Counted from the first letter of the stretch, positions 1 through 10,446 are shown. The stretch: DNA of 20,604 bases from Allobaculum fili (GCF_020969955.1 NZ_JAHDSX010000041.1:1-20604); one strand, 5' to 3'. The notes: generated by a model not told the origin, from the letters alone. Program-made: numbers and translations.

Positions 1-1150
1 ATTTCTTCTCAAGCTCCACAATGCGTAGATACAAAGCCTTATAAACTGAATCCTCATTTGGAAACGAGCCCTTTTTTGTTACTTTTCGCAGGCTGGAGTT
101 AACCGACTCAATCGCATTGGTTGTATATATTATCTTTCGGACAGCGCTGCCGTGGTTAAACAGCTGGAGTACGTGATGAAAGTTACGTTCCCAGACGCTC
201 ACGGCACCAGGATATTGGCTCCATTTCTCCTCAAATTCATCGAAAGCACCCTCTGCTTCTTTAGCGTTCAAAGCACCGTAGACTCTCTTGATATCCTTGC
301 GGAAACCAGCTCTTTCTTTGTTTGGAATATATTTAAGCGAGTTACGAAGAATATGAACAATGCAGCGCTGCACAGTAACGTTCGGAAATACAGCCTGAGC
401 GCCGCTTTCAAGCCCGCTTACACCGTCCATGGACAGGAAAAAGATGTCTTCTATGCCTCGTGCCTTCAGTTCGTCAAAGATCTCCATCCAAAAGTGCCTG
501 GACTCGCTCTCGCCGATCCAGATGCCAAGGATATCTTTGCAGCCTTCCGTGTCATAGCCAAGAACCACATATACAGCCTGTTCTTTTGCACCACGATCGG
601 TTTTGACCGATACATAAAGGCAATCGACGAATACGAAAGGATAGCACTTCTTCAGGGGACGATGACGCCACTCATCAACAACCGGATAGACACGATCAAT
701 GATGTTTGAAATCGTATCCGCAGAGACCGGGAAGCCATAGATATCCTGGATGATGTCGGAGATGTCGCGCTGCGACATGCCCTGGCCATACATACGGAGT
801 ATTTTGTCCTCGATATCTGAAATATCCCGACTGCCTTTAGGAACAGCCTGCGGTTCGAATGTACCAAGGCGATCACGAGGAATACGCAGATCCAGCTCGC
901 CCTGAGAAGACCTTACCGTCTTCTCAGAATAGCCGTTGCGGCGGTTATCCGTCGATTTAGGGGCATGCGATCCGCTGGTATAGCCGAGATGCGAATCAAG
1001 CTCTCCCTGGAGCATCTGCTCAAGGACAGGGCAAAAGATTTCCCTGATGAGGTCTGAGGCTTCTTTAAACGTCTTAGGTTTGTATTTCTTAACGATGGTT
1101 GAAGCAATCTGTTTCTGAAGGGCTGGTGCAGCTTTAGCTTTACGTGGCAT
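1..1150 (-). CDS. IS256-family (Mutator-like) DDE transposase, C-terminus truncated by the window edge
   Basis: I translated the - strand by hand from the ATG (complement of 1148..1150). It gives 383 codons with no stop: MPRKAKAAPALQKQ...NRRNGYSEKTVRSSQGELDLRIPRDRLGTFEPQAVPKG...CYPFVFVDCLYVSVK...FFLSMDGVSG...IYTTNAIESVNSSLRK. These are the characteristic IS256 blocks, with catalytic D, D, E in VFVDC, SMDG and NAIES. It is missing from the ORF track only because no stop falls inside the window. Confidence 0.92.
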   Translation of the reverse strand, partial: MPRKAKAAPALQKQIASTIVKKYKPKTFKEASDLIREIFCPVLEQMLQGELDSHLGYTSGSHAPKSTDNRRNGYSEKTVRSSQGELDLRIPRDRLGTFEPQAVPKGSRDISDIEDKILRMYGQGMSQRDISDIIQDIYGFPVSADTISNIIDRVYPVVDEWRHRPLKKCYPFVFVDCLYVSVKTDRGAKEQAVYVVLGYDTEGCKDILGIWIGESESRHFWMEIFDELKARGIEDIFFLSMDGVSGLESGAQAVFPNVTVQRCIVHILRNSLKYIPNKERAGFRKDIKRVYGALNAKEAEGAFDEFEEKWSQYPGAVSVWERNFHHVLQLFNHGSAVRKIIYTTNAIESVNSSLRKVTKKGSFPNEDSVYKALYLRIVELEKK

Positions 1151-1241
1151 AAGTGGTCTCCTTGTATAAATTTGTCAGGCTCAAGCTGATTGTATCAGTC
1201 TGATGCCTTGATGGAATTTACACAAAAGACCTTACACTCTC
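1..1241 (-). mobile_element. IS256-family insertion sequence, partial (far end lies outside the window)
   Basis: Contains the transposase ORF below. The candidate terminal inverted repeat (IR) on the - strand reads GAGAGTGTAAGGTCTTTTGTGTAAA (plus coordinates 1217..1241), about 91 nt upstream of the transposase ATG. Its inner TGTGTAAA block matches what I recall of the IS256 terminal repeat. The exact terminus cannot be confirmed without the other end. Confidence 0.6.
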
Positions 1242-1595
1242 GATCGGAAGCCTGACGCCTGCGAGAATTCTGAGACTCTGGTGAATGATACATGAATCAG
1301 AGAGGACCGAGAACACTCAGGAGGATCAATGGAATGTCACAGCCATTTATACAGAAGCATCCACGTGCTGAGAACAGAGAAAAGCGGATTCGAAAAACGT
1401 ACATAACTTCGATTTGGCGACGTCTTTTTTATCGTTTTGCCAAATACGAAATGACGACGTCAGGATTAAAAGAGTAAAAGCGCTTACACAATGATGAAAG
1501 AATTTTTCAATACGGAAAGAGGCTGAAAATCCGAAAAAGCCTTTACTCGTCGGGCCGGATCTTAAGAAAATGTAAAAATCGCCGAGAAATATCGC

Positions 1596-1624
1596 TTGTA
1601 ATGAGGGGGATATTCTGATAGACT
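1596..1624 (+). promoter_or_regulatory. Candidate sigma-A promoter for the S10 operon
   Basis: TTGTAA (1596..1601), 17-nt spacer, TAGACT (1619..1624) preceded by TGA (extended -10 TGn). This would give a leader of about 110 nt before rpsJ. The hexamers are only moderate matches. Confidence 0.35.
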
Positions 1625-1739
1625 GTTCAAGCACTGCGAGGAAGTGCGAGGTTGCTGACCCACTGAAATACGTTGTCATGGAATGGGTTGGGGAATTCGC
1701 ACAGAGCATGTTTATCAAGAATAAACGAAAGGAGTAACC

Positions 1740-2051
1740 ATGGCAAAAAACACAATGAGAATCCGCTTGAAAGCGTACGAGCATCGCATTCTGGACGACA
1801 GCGCGAAGAAAATCGTTGAAGCTGCCCAGAAACATGGTGCAAAGAAAGTGGTTGGACCTGTACCTCTGCCAACAGAAAAACAGATCGTGACCATTCTTCG
1901 TGCGGTTCACAAGTACAAAGATTCCCGTGAACAGTTCGAAATCCGTACGCACAAGCGTCTGATCGAAATTGTTTCGCCGAACAAGGAAACTATCGATGCA
2001 CTGCAGAGACTGGAACTGCCCAGCGGCGTTGACATCGAAATCAAACTTTAA
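1740..2051 (+). CDS. rpsJ: 30S ribosomal protein S10
   Basis: 103 aa, [13 protein letters not shown]...GPVPLPT...[20 protein letters not shown] upstream. First gene of the conserved order. Confidence 0.97.
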   Translation: MAKNTMRIRLKAYEHRILDDSAKKIVEAAQKHGAKKVVGPVPLPTEKQIVTILRAVHKYKDSREQFEIRTHKRLIEIVSPNKETIDALQRLELPSGVDIEIKL

Positions 2052-2065
2052 TGGAGGAAGTCATC

Positions 2066-2755
2066 GTGAAAGGTTTGTTAGGAAGAAAGTTAGGGATGAC
2101 TCAGGTCTTCACAGAAGATGGCGTCCTGATTCCTGTAACTGTAATCGAAGCCGAACCCAACATTGTGCTGCAGGTGAAAACCGTTGAAACAGACGGCTAC
2201 AATGCTGTACAGCTTGGTTTCGAAGACGTAAGAGAAAAACGTTCGACAAAACCTGAAATCGGACATGCCAAAAAAGCTGGCACTGCCCCGAAACGTTTTG
2301 TCCGCGAAGTCCGCGACTGTGACCTGGAAGTTCAGCCAGGCGACGCAGTAAGCGTAGACATCTTTACTGCTGGAGAAACTGTCGACGTAATCGGCACATC
2401 CAAAGGTAAAGGATATATGGGTACCATTTACCGCAACAATGCGCATCAGGGCCCAAAAACACATGGTGGATCCAAGAACATCCGTCACATCGGATCTCTG
2501 GCTACCAACGGTATTACATCCCGTCAGGGACGCATCATGAAGGGTACTGCAATGCCTGGTCATGAAGGTGCCAAACGCACAACTGCTCAGAACCTGACCG
2601 TAATCAAAGTTGATCCGGAAAACAACTACGTACTGATCAAAGGAAACGTTCCTGGTCCTAAAAAAGGAATGGTTATGATCCGCACAGCCAAAGCTTCTAA
2701 AGGCGATAAGGCTCCTGTAGTTCTGATCAACCGCACAGAGGAGGCTGGAGAATAA
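2066..2755 (+). CDS. rplC: 50S ribosomal protein L3
   Basis: [14 protein letters not shown]... is the L3 N-terminus. I prefer GTG 2066 (GGAGGA at 2053..2058, 7-nt spacer). The track start ATG 2051 (TAATG overlap with the rpsJ stop) adds 5 non-conserved residues and remains possible. Confidence 0.93.
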   Translation: MKGLLGRKLGMTQVFTEDGVLIPVTVIEAEPNIVLQVKTVETDGYNAVQLGFEDVREKRSTKPEIGHAKKAGTAPKRFVREVRDCDLEVQPGDAVSVDIFTAGETVDVIGTSKGKGYMGTIYRNNAHQGPKTHGGSKNIRHIGSLATNGITSRQGRIMKGTAMPGHEGAKRTTAQNLTVIKVDPENNYVLIKGNVPGPKKGMVMIRTAKASKGDKAPVVLINRTEEAGE

Positions 2756-3384
2756 TGGCACTCATCAATGTACTGAATCAGATGGGCGAAGTTGTCGGCT
2801 CCATCGAGCTGAACGACAGCATCTTCGCCATTGAACCGCATAAAGACGCTCTGTACGAAGCTGTTAAAATGCAGCAGGCCGGCAAGCGTCAGGGAACGCA
2901 CTCCGTTAAAGGCCGCAGCGAAGTAAGCGGCGGCGGACGTAAGCCCTACCGTCAGAAAGGCACCGGACGTGCCCGTCAGGGTTCCATCCGTGCTGCACAG
3001 TGGAGAGGCGGCGGAATTGTATTCGGCCCGACTCCCCGTGATTACTCCTACAGAATCAATAAGAAAGTTCGCCGTCTGGCTCTGAAATCTGCGCTTTCCA
3101 GCAAGGTTCAGGACAACGAATTCGGCGTACTGAACGCTCTGGTATTCGACGCTCCGAAAACAAAAGAATTCGCAGCTGTTGTGGAAGCAATCAAAGCTCC
3201 AAGCAAGACCCTGTTCGTTGTAGGCATGGACGAAGATACAGATAATGCTTATCTCTCCGCCCGCAACATCCCGGATGTCATGATGATGAACTCCCGTGGC
3301 ATCAACGTTTACGACCTGCTCAACGCAAACCAGGTGTTCATGACTGAACAGGCTGTAAAAGAAGTAGAGGAGGCCCTCGCTTAA
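2755..3384 (+). CDS. rplD: 50S ribosomal protein L4
   Basis: 209 aa with [29 protein letters not shown] motif. TAATG overlap with rplC. Confidence 0.97.
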   Translation: MALINVLNQMGEVVGSIELNDSIFAIEPHKDALYEAVKMQQAGKRQGTHSVKGRSEVSGGGRKPYRQKGTGRARQGSIRAAQWRGGGIVFGPTPRDYSYRINKKVRRLALKSALSSKVQDNEFGVLNALVFDAPKTKEFAAVVEAIKAPSKTLFVVGMDEDTDNAYLSARNIPDVMMMNSRGINVYDLLNANQVFMTEQAVKEVEEALA

Positions 3385-3677
3385 TGAAAGACTACAGAGA
3401 TGTACTGATCCGTCCGGTTATCACAGAACAGTCCGTAGCCGCGATGGAAGACGAAGGCAAATACACCTTCGAAGTGCCGAAACAGACCAACAAGATCGAA
3501 GTTCGTCAGGCTGTTGAAAATCTGTTCGGCGTTAAGGTTGAAAAAGTCAACATCAGCAATACCAAAGCCCATACAAAACGCAGAGGCGCTACAGTCGGCG
3601 TTGTCAATGGTTTCAAGAAAGCCGTTGTTACTCTGAAGAAGGGCGAAAAGATCGACATCTTCGGCGAAGAAGAATAA
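3384..3677 (+). CDS. rplW: 50S ribosomal protein L23
   Basis: 97 aa, VLIRPVITEQS...FEVPKQTNKIEVRQAVE. TAATG overlap with rplD. Confidence 0.96.
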   Translation: MKDYRDVLIRPVITEQSVAAMEDEGKYTFEVPKQTNKIEVRQAVENLFGVKVEKVNISNTKAHTKRRGATVGVVNGFKKAVVTLKKGEKIDIFGEEE

Positions 3678-3688
3678 ACGATCCATAG

Positions 3689-3757
3689 CTTCCTTCCTCT
3701 ATCTATATAGAGACAAGGAAAATTCGCAAAACTGATTCCGAGGATCGAAGCCGATCC
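3689..3757 (+). other. Two stem-loops in the unusually long rplW-rplB spacer
   Basis: Hairpin 1: TTCCTT/AAGGAA (3689..3694 with 3714..3719) stacked on CTCTAT/ATAGAG (3696..3701 with 3706..3711), loop CTAT. Hairpin 2: GGATCG-AAGC-CGATCC (3742..3757). No U-tract follows either. Confidence 0.5.
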
Positions 3758-3837
3758 GATAAAAAGAAACGGTTTTGCATCAGGGAGAAGACGCTATTTC
3801 CTGAATAAACATCGCGTATTGAGAGGAGAAAAAGTTT

Positions 3838-4671
3838 ATGCCAATCAAAAAGTATAAACCGACTACACCCGGCCGCCGTGGAATGTCTGTTCTGACTTTC
3901 GAAGAAATCACAAAGACAACTCCGGAACGCAGCCTGACTGCTCCGCTGAAATCCAAAGGCGGACGCAACAACACAGGCCGCATCACCACCCGTCACCAGG
4001 GCGGCGGTCACAAGAGAACTTACCGTATCATCGACTTCAAACGAAACAAGGACAGCATCCCTGCAACCGTTAAGGCGATTGAATATGACCCAAACCGTAC
4101 TTGCAACATCGCTCTCGTAGCATATGCGGACGGTGAAAAACGCTACATCCTCGCTCCGAAAGGCCTCGAGGTCGGCGCTAAAATCGTTTCCGGTCCGGAA
4201 ACGGATATCAAAGTCGGAAACGCATGCGAACTGCGCAACATGCCTGAAGGTACGATCGTTCACAACGTTGAGCTCCGTCCTGGCAAAGGCGGCCAGATGG
4301 CCCGTGCAGCCGGTGCTTCCGCACAGATTCTCGGTATTGAAGACAAATACGTTACGATGCGTCTGACATCCGGCGAAGTTCGCAAGGTACTCGGAACCTG
4401 CCGCGCTACTGTTGGCGCAGTCGGCAACGAAGACCACGCTCTGGTTAACCTCGGTAAAGCCGGAAGAACCCGCTGGAAAGGCGTTCGCCCGACAGTACGC
4501 GGTTCTGTAATGAACCCGAACGATCACCCGCATGGCGGTGGTGAAGGCCGTACGCCGATCGGCCGCAAGTCTCCAATGACGCCGTGGGGCAAGAAGGCTC
4601 TTGGCGTGAAGACACGTGCTAAGAAGAAAGCGTCGAACAAACTGATCGTACGCAGAAGAAACGGCAAATAG
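3838..4671 (+). CDS. rplB: 50S ribosomal protein L2
   Basis: 277 aa, KPTTPGRRG...RHQGGGHKR...[22 protein letters not shown]. Confidence 0.98.
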   Translation: MPIKKYKPTTPGRRGMSVLTFEEITKTTPERSLTAPLKSKGGRNNTGRITTRHQGGGHKRTYRIIDFKRNKDSIPATVKAIEYDPNRTCNIALVAYADGEKRYILAPKGLEVGAKIVSGPETDIKVGNACELRNMPEGTIVHNVELRPGKGGQMARAAGASAQILGIEDKYVTMRLTSGEVRKVLGTCRATVGAVGNEDHALVNLGKAGRTRWKGVRPTVRGSVMNPNDHPHGGGEGRTPIGRKSPMTPWGKKALGVKTRAKKKASNKLIVRRRNGK

Positions 4672-4688
4672 ACAAGGAGAACGTTGAA

Positions 4689-4967
4689 ATGAGTCGTAGT
4701 TTGAAAAAAGGACCTTTCGTCGACGAAAGCCTTATGAAAAAAGTTCAGGCTCTGAACGCTTCCAATAAAAAAGAAGTCATTAAGACCTGGAGCCGTCGTT
4801 CAACTATTTTCCCTGAATTCGTTGAACACACATTTGCCGTATACAACGGCAAGGAACACGTACCTGTGTTCGTAACCGAAGACATGGTTGGACACAAGCT
4901 CGGTGAGTTTGCCCCAACCCGCAAATACCTCGGCCACGCAGCCGATGACAAGAAAGGCAAGAAGTAG
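4689..4967 (+). CDS. rpsS: 30S ribosomal protein S19
   Basis: 92 aa, [11 protein letters not shown]...[13 protein letters not shown]...[18 protein letters not shown]. Confidence 0.98.
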   Translation: MSRSLKKGPFVDESLMKKVQALNASNKKEVIKTWSRRSTIFPEFVEHTFAVYNGKEHVPVFVTEDMVGHKLGEFAPTRKYLGHAADDKKGKK

Positions 4968-4976
4968 GAGGTCAGT

Positions 4977-5312
4977 ATGGAAGCAAGAGCAACCGCAAAA
5001 ACACTTCGCATTCAGCCCCGTAAAGCCAGACTTGTCCTGGACCTGATCCGCGGCAAAAATGTTGAAGAAGCTGCAGCCATCTGCAAGTTCACTCCCAACA
5101 AAGGCGGTGAAATGGTCGGCGCAGTCCTCAAAAGCGCAGTCGCCAACGCGGTGAACAACCACGAAATGGACGAAGAAAAACTGTATGTAAAAGAATGCTA
5201 CGCAAACGAAGGCGTAACACTCAAGCGCTTCATGCCTCGTGCAAAAGGCAGCGCCAGCCCGATTCATAAACGTACCAGCCATATCACTGTTGTTGTGGCT
5301 GAGAAAGACTAA
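4977..5312 (+). CDS. rplV: 50S ribosomal protein L22
   Basis: 111 aa, [17 protein letters not shown]...[23 protein letters not shown]. Confidence 0.97.
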   Translation: MEARATAKTLRIQPRKARLVLDLIRGKNVEEAAAICKFTPNKGGEMVGAVLKSAVANAVNNHEMDEEKLYVKECYANEGVTLKRFMPRAKGSASPIHKRTSHITVVVAEKD

Positions 5313-5323
5313 GGAGGAACACC

Positions 5324-6193
5324 ATGGGTCAGAAAGTAAGCCCGATTGGAATGCGGACCGGTATCATCCGTGACTGGCAGTCCAGATGGTATGCAGATGA
5401 TAAAGAATTCTCGAAACTCCTGATGGAAGACGTGAAGATCCGCGAATTCGTCGAGAACTATTATGCAAATCTCTCCAAAGCAGCAGCAGATAAGAGAAAA
5501 GCCGATCCTCAGATCTCGAGAATCGAAATTGAAAGAACGCAGAACCGAATGACTCTGATCATTCGTACTGCTCACCCAGGCGTTGTCATTGGTCAGGATG
5601 GAAAATCCATTGAAGGCCTGAAAAAAGCCCTGCAGAAAATGACTTCGGTTAAAAACCTGCAGATCAACGTCGTAGAAATCGCCAACCCGAACCTGGACGC
5701 TCGTCTGGTGGCTCGCTGGATCGCGAACGAACTCGAAAACCGTAAATCGTTCCGTGCAACCCAGAAGAAAGCCATCCAGAACACCATGCGTTCCGGTGCG
5801 AAAGGCATCAAGACATCTGTTTCCGGCCGTCTTGGCGGAGCAGATATCGCCCGTACCGAAGGTTATTCCGAAGGTGTTGTACCACTGCACACACTTCGTT
5901 CGGATATCGACTATGCCCTTGAAGAAGCAGCTACCACTTACGGCCGTCTTGGCGTAAAAGTATGGATCTGCCGCGGTGAAGTTCTCCCTGGAGAAATGGT
6001 TAAAGAACCGGAAGCTCCAAAACAGAGACGCACTCGTCCTGCAAGAGGCAGAAACGGACGCAACGGCAACGACCGCCGTCAGGGCGGCAGAGGTGCCGGA
6101 CGTCAGCCCCGCAGAGAAGGCGGACGCAGAGACAGCCGTTCCAATGCGAACGCTGCACCTGCCGCCGCAGCTCCTAAAGGAGGTAACGAATAA
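5324..6193 (+). CDS. rpsC: 30S ribosomal protein S3 with extended Arg/Gly-rich C-terminus
   Basis: [24 protein letters not shown]... KH-domain core. The body ends near [10 protein letters not shown] and is followed by a ~67-aa low-complexity tail. Confidence 0.97.
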   Translation: MGQKVSPIGMRTGIIRDWQSRWYADDKEFSKLLMEDVKIREFVENYYANLSKAAADKRKADPQISRIEIERTQNRMTLIIRTAHPGVVIGQDGKSIEGLKKALQKMTSVKNLQINVVEIANPNLDARLVARWIANELENRKSFRATQKKAIQNTMRSGAKGIKTSVSGRLGGADIARTEGYSEGVVPLHTLRSDIDYALEEAATTYGRLGVKVWICRGEVLPGEMVKEPEAPKQRRTRPARGRNGRNGNDRRQGGRGAGRQPRREGGRRDSRSNANAAPAAAAPKGGNE

Positions 6194-6609
6194 TGTTAAT
6201 GCCAAAGCGTACGAAGTACCGTCGTCCGCATCGTCTTTCCTACGAAGGACGTTCCAAAGCCGGCCGTAACGTCGAATTCGGCGAATACGGTCTGGTAGCA
6301 GACAGCGGCAACTACGTTTCCAACCGTCAGATCGAGGCAGCCCGTATTGCCATGACCCGTTACATGAAACGTGGCGGTAAAGTATGGATCCGGATCTTCC
6401 CGCATCTGGCCAGAACCAAAAAACCTCTTGAAGTCCGCATGGGTTCCGGTAAAGGTGCTCCAGAAGGATGGGTAGCTGTTGTTAAACCCGGCCGCGTAAT
6501 GTTCGAAGTTGGCGGCGTACCGGAAGAAGTAGCTCGCGAGGCGCTCCGCCTGGCCAGCCACAAGCTTCCAGTTAAAACTCGTTTTGTTAAGAAAGGAGAA
6601 ACTGAATAG
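6193..6609 (+). CDS. rplP: 50S ribosomal protein L16
   Basis: [11 protein letters not shown]...[26 protein letters not shown]...[25 protein letters not shown] overlap with rpsC. Confidence 0.98.
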   Translation: MLMPKRTKYRRPHRLSYEGRSKAGRNVEFGEYGLVADSGNYVSNRQIEAARIAMTRYMKRGGKVWIRIFPHLARTKKPLEVRMGSGKGAPEGWVAVVKPGRVMFEVGGVPEEVAREALRLASHKLPVKTRFVKKGETE

Positions 6610-6611
6610 TC

Positions 6612-6803
6612 ATGAAGGCAAGTGAACTTCGCACAAAGACAGAAGCTGAACTGCTGCAGGAACTCAATCTCCTCAAAGATGAGCTGTTCAATCTCCGCTT
6701 CAAACAGGCAACTGGCCAGCTCGAGAATACTGCACGTCTTAAAGCGGTTAAAAAAGACATCGCCCGCATCAAAACCGTACTGGGCGAAATGAAACAGGCT
6801 TAA
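6612..6803 (+). CDS. rpmC: 50S ribosomal protein L29
   Basis: 63 aa, [36 protein letters not shown]. Confidence 0.96.
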   Translation: MKASELRTKTEAELLQELNLLKDELFNLRFKQATGQLENTARLKAVKKDIARIKTVLGEMKQA

Positions 6804-6820
6804 TCAGGGAGGACTTGGAC

Positions 6821-7081
6821 ATGGAAGAAAGAAACAACCGAAAAGTTTACCGTGGCAGAGTCATTTCTGACAAGATGGACAAAACTGTTACGGTTGCCGT
6901 TGAAACGATGAAAAAACATCCGCTCTACGGCAAGCGCGTTAAATACACTAAGAAATTCAAAGCCCACGATGCGAAAAACGAAGCTAGAGAAGGAGATCTC
7001 GTTGAAATCATGGAAACAAGACCTCTTTCCAAAACCAAACGTTTCCGTCTGGTTAGCGTAGTGGAAAAAGCACGCGGCTAG
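6821..7081 (+). CDS. rpsQ: 30S ribosomal protein S17
   Basis: [25 protein letters not shown]... I prefer ATG 6821 (GGGAGG at 6807..6812, 8-nt spacer) over the track TTG at 6815. Confidence 0.95.
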   Translation: MEERNNRKVYRGRVISDKMDKTVTVAVETMKKHPLYGKRVKYTKKFKAHDAKNEAREGDLVEIMETRPLSKTKRFRLVSVVEKARG

Positions 7082-7099
7082 AGTCAGGAGGAAGAGCAA

Positions 7100-7468
7100 A
7101 TGATTCAAAATGAAAGCCGTTTGCGCGTAGCCGACAACACGGGTGCCAAGGAAGTCCTTGTCATTCGTCCTCTTGGCGGAAGCAAGCGCAAATTTGCCAA
7201 CATCGGTGATGTCGTTGTCTGTGCTGTTAAACAGGCAGCTCCTGGCGGAGCCGTTAAAAAGGGTGACGTTGTAAAAGGCGTAATCGTTCGTTCCAAATAC
7301 GGCGTACGTCGCGACAACGGAACCTACATCAAGTTCGACGACAACGCAGTCGTTCTGATCAAAGATGACAAAACCCCCCGGGGTACTCGTATTTTCGGCC
7401 CGGTTGCCCGTGAACTTCGTGACCACGACTTCATGAAGATCGTTTCTCTGGCACCGGAAGTGCTGTAA
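7100..7468 (+). CDS. rplN: 50S ribosomal protein L14
   Basis: 122 aa, [18 protein letters not shown]...[11 protein letters not shown]. Confidence 0.98.
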   Translation: MIQNESRLRVADNTGAKEVLVIRPLGGSKRKFANIGDVVVCAVKQAAPGGAVKKGDVVKGVIVRSKYGVRRDNGTYIKFDDNAVVLIKDDKTPRGTRIFGPVARELRDHDFMKIVSLAPEVL

Positions 7469-7480
7469 GGAGGATTTCTC

Positions 7481-7813
7481 GTGAAGATTAAAAAAGGTGA
7501 CAAAGTTCAGGTAATGACCGGAGCTTACAAAGGAACCATCGGCGAAGTCCTTGCTGCATTCCCGAAAGAAGGCAAAGTCATCGTTGAAGGTGTCAACATC
7601 GTCAAAAAGCACATGAAACCGACCCAGTCCAACCCGGATGGCGGAATCGTTGAAAAAGAAGCGAAGATCGATGCATCGAACGTCGCTCTCTACGACGAAA
7701 AAGCCAAAGAAGCCGGCCGCATTGGCGTTAAGGTTTCCGTTGACGAAAATGGCAAGAAAACAAAAGTCCGCTACTTCAAGAAGAGCGGCAACGAACTGAA
7801 AGAAAAGAAGTAG
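7481..7813 (+). CDS. rplX: 50S ribosomal protein L24
   Basis: 110 aa, [22 protein letters not shown] (KOW motif). GTG start with AAGGAGG SD. Confidence 0.96.
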   Translation: MKIKKGDKVQVMTGAYKGTIGEVLAAFPKEGKVIVEGVNIVKKHMKPTQSNPDGGIVEKEAKIDASNVALYDEKAKEAGRIGVKVSVDENGKKTKVRYFKKSGNELKEKK

Positions 7814-7824
7814 GAGGATAGTAA

Positions 7825-8367
7825 ATGAACCGGTTAAAAGAAAAATACCAGTCCGAGATCGTCCCGGCTATGATGAAGCAGTTCAACTATTCTTCCGTTA
7901 TGCAGGTTCCGAAGATCGAAAAAGTCGTAATCAACATTGGTGTCGGCGATGCGATCCAGAACTCGAAATATCTTGACGAAGCTGTAGAAGAACTCGCAGC
8001 GATTTCCGGTCAGCAGCCGGTAATCACAAAGGCGAAAAAATCCATCGCGAACTTCAAGGTTCGTGAAGGCATGCCGATCGGCTGCAAGGTAACCCTGCGC
8101 GCGGACAGAATGTATGAATTCCTGGACAAACTGTTCAACATCTCTCTTCCGCGTGTAAGAGACTTCCGCGGTGTTTCAGACAGCGCCTTTGATGGACGCG
8201 GCAACTACACTCTCGGTGTTAAGGAACAGATCATCTTCCCGGAAATCGACTTCGATAAAGTCAACAAATCCCGTGGTATGGATGTCGTTATCGTAACCAC
8301 CGCAGATACCAACGAAGAGGCAAAAGAGCTCCTTACCGCTCTTGGCATGCCCTTCGTTAAGAAATAG
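7825..8367 (+). CDS. rplE: 50S ribosomal protein L5
   Basis: 180 aa, NRLKEKY...[19 protein letters not shown]...[17 protein letters not shown]. Confidence 0.98.
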   Translation: MNRLKEKYQSEIVPAMMKQFNYSSVMQVPKIEKVVINIGVGDAIQNSKYLDEAVEELAAISGQQPVITKAKKSIANFKVREGMPIGCKVTLRADRMYEFLDKLFNISLPRVRDFRGVSDSAFDGRGNYTLGVKEQIIFPEIDFDKVNKSRGMDVVIVTTADTNEEAKELLTALGMPFVKK

Positions 8368-8376
8368 GAGGAACTC

Positions 8377-8562
8377 ATGGCAAAAAAAGCGATGAAGTTG
8401 AAACAGCAGCGTCCTCAGAAATTCAAAGTTCGCGAGTACACTCGCTGTCAGAGATGCGGACGTCCGCACTCCGTACTGAAAAAATACGGCATCTGCCGTA
8501 TCTGCTTCCGTGAACTGGCTTACAAAGGCCAGATCCCGGGTGTGAAAAAGGCTAGCTGGTAA
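8377..8562 (+). CDS. rpsZ: 30S ribosomal protein S14, type Z (zinc-binding short form; rpsN family)
   Basis: 61 aa with CQRC...CRIC Cys4 arrangement, ending KASW. Confidence 0.96.
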   Translation: MAKKAMKLKQQRPQKFKVREYTRCQRCGRPHSVLKKYGICRICFRELAYKGQIPGVKKASW

Positions 8563-8579
8563 GCAGGGAGGAAACAAGC

Positions 8580-8978
8580 ATGACAATGACTGATCCGATC
8601 GCGGATATGCTCACCCGCATCCGCAACGCTCTTGCTCAGAAGCATGAGACTGTCTCCATGCCTTCCAGCAAAGAGAAGGAAAGAATTGCTAAAATCCTGG
8701 TCGAAGAAGGCTACATCAACGGTTTCTCCACAGAAGCTGACGGTGTTAAGAAAACGCTGACCATCGATCTGAAATACGGCAAGAACGGAGAACGCGTAAT
8801 CTCCGGTCTGAAGAGAATTTCCAAGCCAGGCTTCCGTGTATACGCCGGCGCAGACAACCTGCCACGCGTACTGAACGGACTTGGCACTGCGATCATCTCC
8901 ACATCCCACGGTGTGATGACCGATCGCGACGCAAAGAAAGCCAATGTAGGCGGCGAAGTACTCGCCTACATCTGGTAA
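8580..8978 (+). CDS. rpsH: 30S ribosomal protein S8
   Basis: 132 aa, [17 protein letters not shown]...[13 protein letters not shown]...GGEVLAYIW. Confidence 0.98.
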   Translation: MTMTDPIADMLTRIRNALAQKHETVSMPSSKEKERIAKILVEEGYINGFSTEADGVKKTLTIDLKYGKNGERVISGLKRISKPGFRVYAGADNLPRVLNGLGTAIISTSHGVMTDRDAKKANVGGEVLAYIW

Positions 8979-9003
8979 TAGTTCAGCAGGAGGAAAATAC
9001 TGA

Positions 9004-9549
9004 ATGTCACGTATCGGCAATAAACTGATTACCATTCCTGCCGGCGTAACTGTTGAAGTTGCTCCAGGGAATGAGGTGACTGTCAAAGGTCCTAAGGGAA
9101 CTCTGACAAGAAAGTTCTCCGACATCCTCACGATCGAGGTTGAAGGAAACGAAGTAACTGTAAAACGTCCAAACGATCTCAAGGCCACAAAACAGCTGCA
9201 CGGAACAACCCGTGCTCTGCTGCACAACATGGTAGTCGGCGTATCTGAAGGCTTCCAGAAAGATCTTGAACTCGTTGGTATCGGTTTCCGTACAGCGGTT
9301 AAAGGAAACAAGCTGACCATGAACGTCGGCTACTCCCACCCCGTTGAAAAAGAAATCTTCGAAGGACTCGAAGTAACCTGCCCAAGCGCAACCACAATTA
9401 CCGTTAAGGGCATTGACAAGCAGCTCGTCGGCGAATTCGCTGCAGAAGTGCGCGCAGTTCGCAAACCTGAGCCTTACAAAGGAAAAGGTATTCGCTATAA
9501 AGGTGAACATATCCGTCGTAAGGAAGGTAAGACTGCTGGTAAGAAATAG
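9004..9549 (+). CDS. rplF: 50S ribosomal protein L6
   Basis: 181 aa, [18 protein letters not shown]...LVGIGFR...[14 protein letters not shown]. Confidence 0.98.
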   Translation: MSRIGNKLITIPAGVTVEVAPGNEVTVKGPKGTLTRKFSDILTIEVEGNEVTVKRPNDLKATKQLHGTTRALLHNMVVGVSEGFQKDLELVGIGFRTAVKGNKLTMNVGYSHPVEKEIFEGLEVTCPSATTITVKGIDKQLVGEFAAEVRAVRKPEPYKGKGIRYKGEHIRRKEGKTAGKK

Positions 9550-9567
9550 TGGGAAAGGAGCAAGACT

Positions 9568-9924
9568 ATGATTAAAAAACAGTCAAAAAACGAAGCAAGA
9601 CAGAAACGTCATCTTCGCGTTCGCAAGAATGTCAGCGGAACTCCTGAATGCCCACGTCTGAACGTATTCAGAAGCAACGCCAACATCGAAGCCCAGATCA
9701 TTGACGATACAAAAGGTCATACTCTGGTATCCGCTTCTTCCGTAGCCATGAAGCTCGAAAACGGCGGAAACATCGAAGCTGCCAAGAAAGTCGGCGCAGA
9801 AATTGCCCGCCGCGCTCTTGAAAGCAATATCAAGAAAGTCGTATTTGACCGCGGCGGATATCTCTACACCGGCCGTGTTCAGGCTTTAGCTGATGCCGCT
9901 CGCGAAGGCGGCCTGGAGTTCTAG
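9568..9924 (+). CDS. rplR: 50S ribosomal protein L18
   Basis: 118 aa, [24 protein letters not shown]...[27 protein letters not shown]. Confidence 0.97.
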   Translation: MIKKQSKNEARQKRHLRVRKNVSGTPECPRLNVFRSNANIEAQIIDDTKGHTLVSASSVAMKLENGGNIEAAKKVGAEIARRALESNIKKVVFDRGGYLYTGRVQALADAAREGGLEF

Positions 9925-9933
9925 GAGGTCGCC

Positions 9934-10446
9934 ATGGCAAACAACGATAGAAGACAGAGAAGAGAACCGAAAGAGTTCGACGAACAGGTCATTTCCATCA
10001 ACCGAATCTCCAAAACCGTAAAAGGCGGTCGTAAAATGCGTTTTGCGGCTCTGGTGGTTGTTGGTGACCGTAAAGGCCGTGTCGGTGTAGGTACCGGCAA
10101 GGCAAAAGAAGTACCGGAAGCGATCCGTAAAGCTACCGAAGCTGCACGTAAGAACATGTTCCTCGTGCCAATCGTTGGAACAACCATTCCACACGAAGTT
10201 ACCGGTAAATACGGCGCTGGTGCTGTATTCATGAGACCCGCTACAGAAGGTACCGGTGTTATCGCCGGCGGCGCTACACGTGCCGTTCTGGAGCTGGCCG
10301 GTATCACCGATATCCTGACCAAGAACCTCGGCAGCCGTACAAAAATCAACACTGTACGTGCTACTGTGGAAGGACTTAAATCCCTGCGTACCCTGGATCA
10401 GGTAGCTGAACTTCGCGGTAAGAAACCCGAAGAAATCCGCGGGTAA
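9934..10446 (+). CDS. rpsE: 30S ribosomal protein S5
   Basis: 170 aa, [44 protein letters not shown]. Confidence 0.98.
   Translation: MANNDRRQRREPKEFDEQVISINRISKTVKGGRKMRFAALVVVGDRKGRVGVGTGKAKEVPEAIRKATEAARKNMFLVPIVGTTIPHEVTGKYGAGAVFMRPATEGTGVIAGGATRAVLELAGITDILTKNLGSRTKINTVRATVEGLKSLRTLDQVAELRGKKPEEIRG

Noticed and set aside
152-709. 185-aa + strand ORF at the left edge.
   Set aside because: It lies entirely antisense to the IS256-family transposase frame, which carries clear family motifs. It has no SD.
2051-2065. Track start codons: ATG 2051 for rplC, TTG 6815 for rpsQ, 19410 for the acidic protein, and 14188 for the hydrolase.
   Set aside because: In each case an in-frame downstream start has a properly spaced SD and gives an N-terminus matching the family. 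These are 2066, 6821, 19437 and 14107 respectively. 2051 remains a possible coupled start.
3703-8586. Series of long - strand ORFs (3703..4533, 4800..5282, 5309..6205, 6800..7612, 8176..8586) antisense to the S10/spc genes.
   Set aside because: Same reasoning: stop-codon-poor antisense frames of RNY-biased, highly expressed genes, with no start signals and no recognisable motifs.
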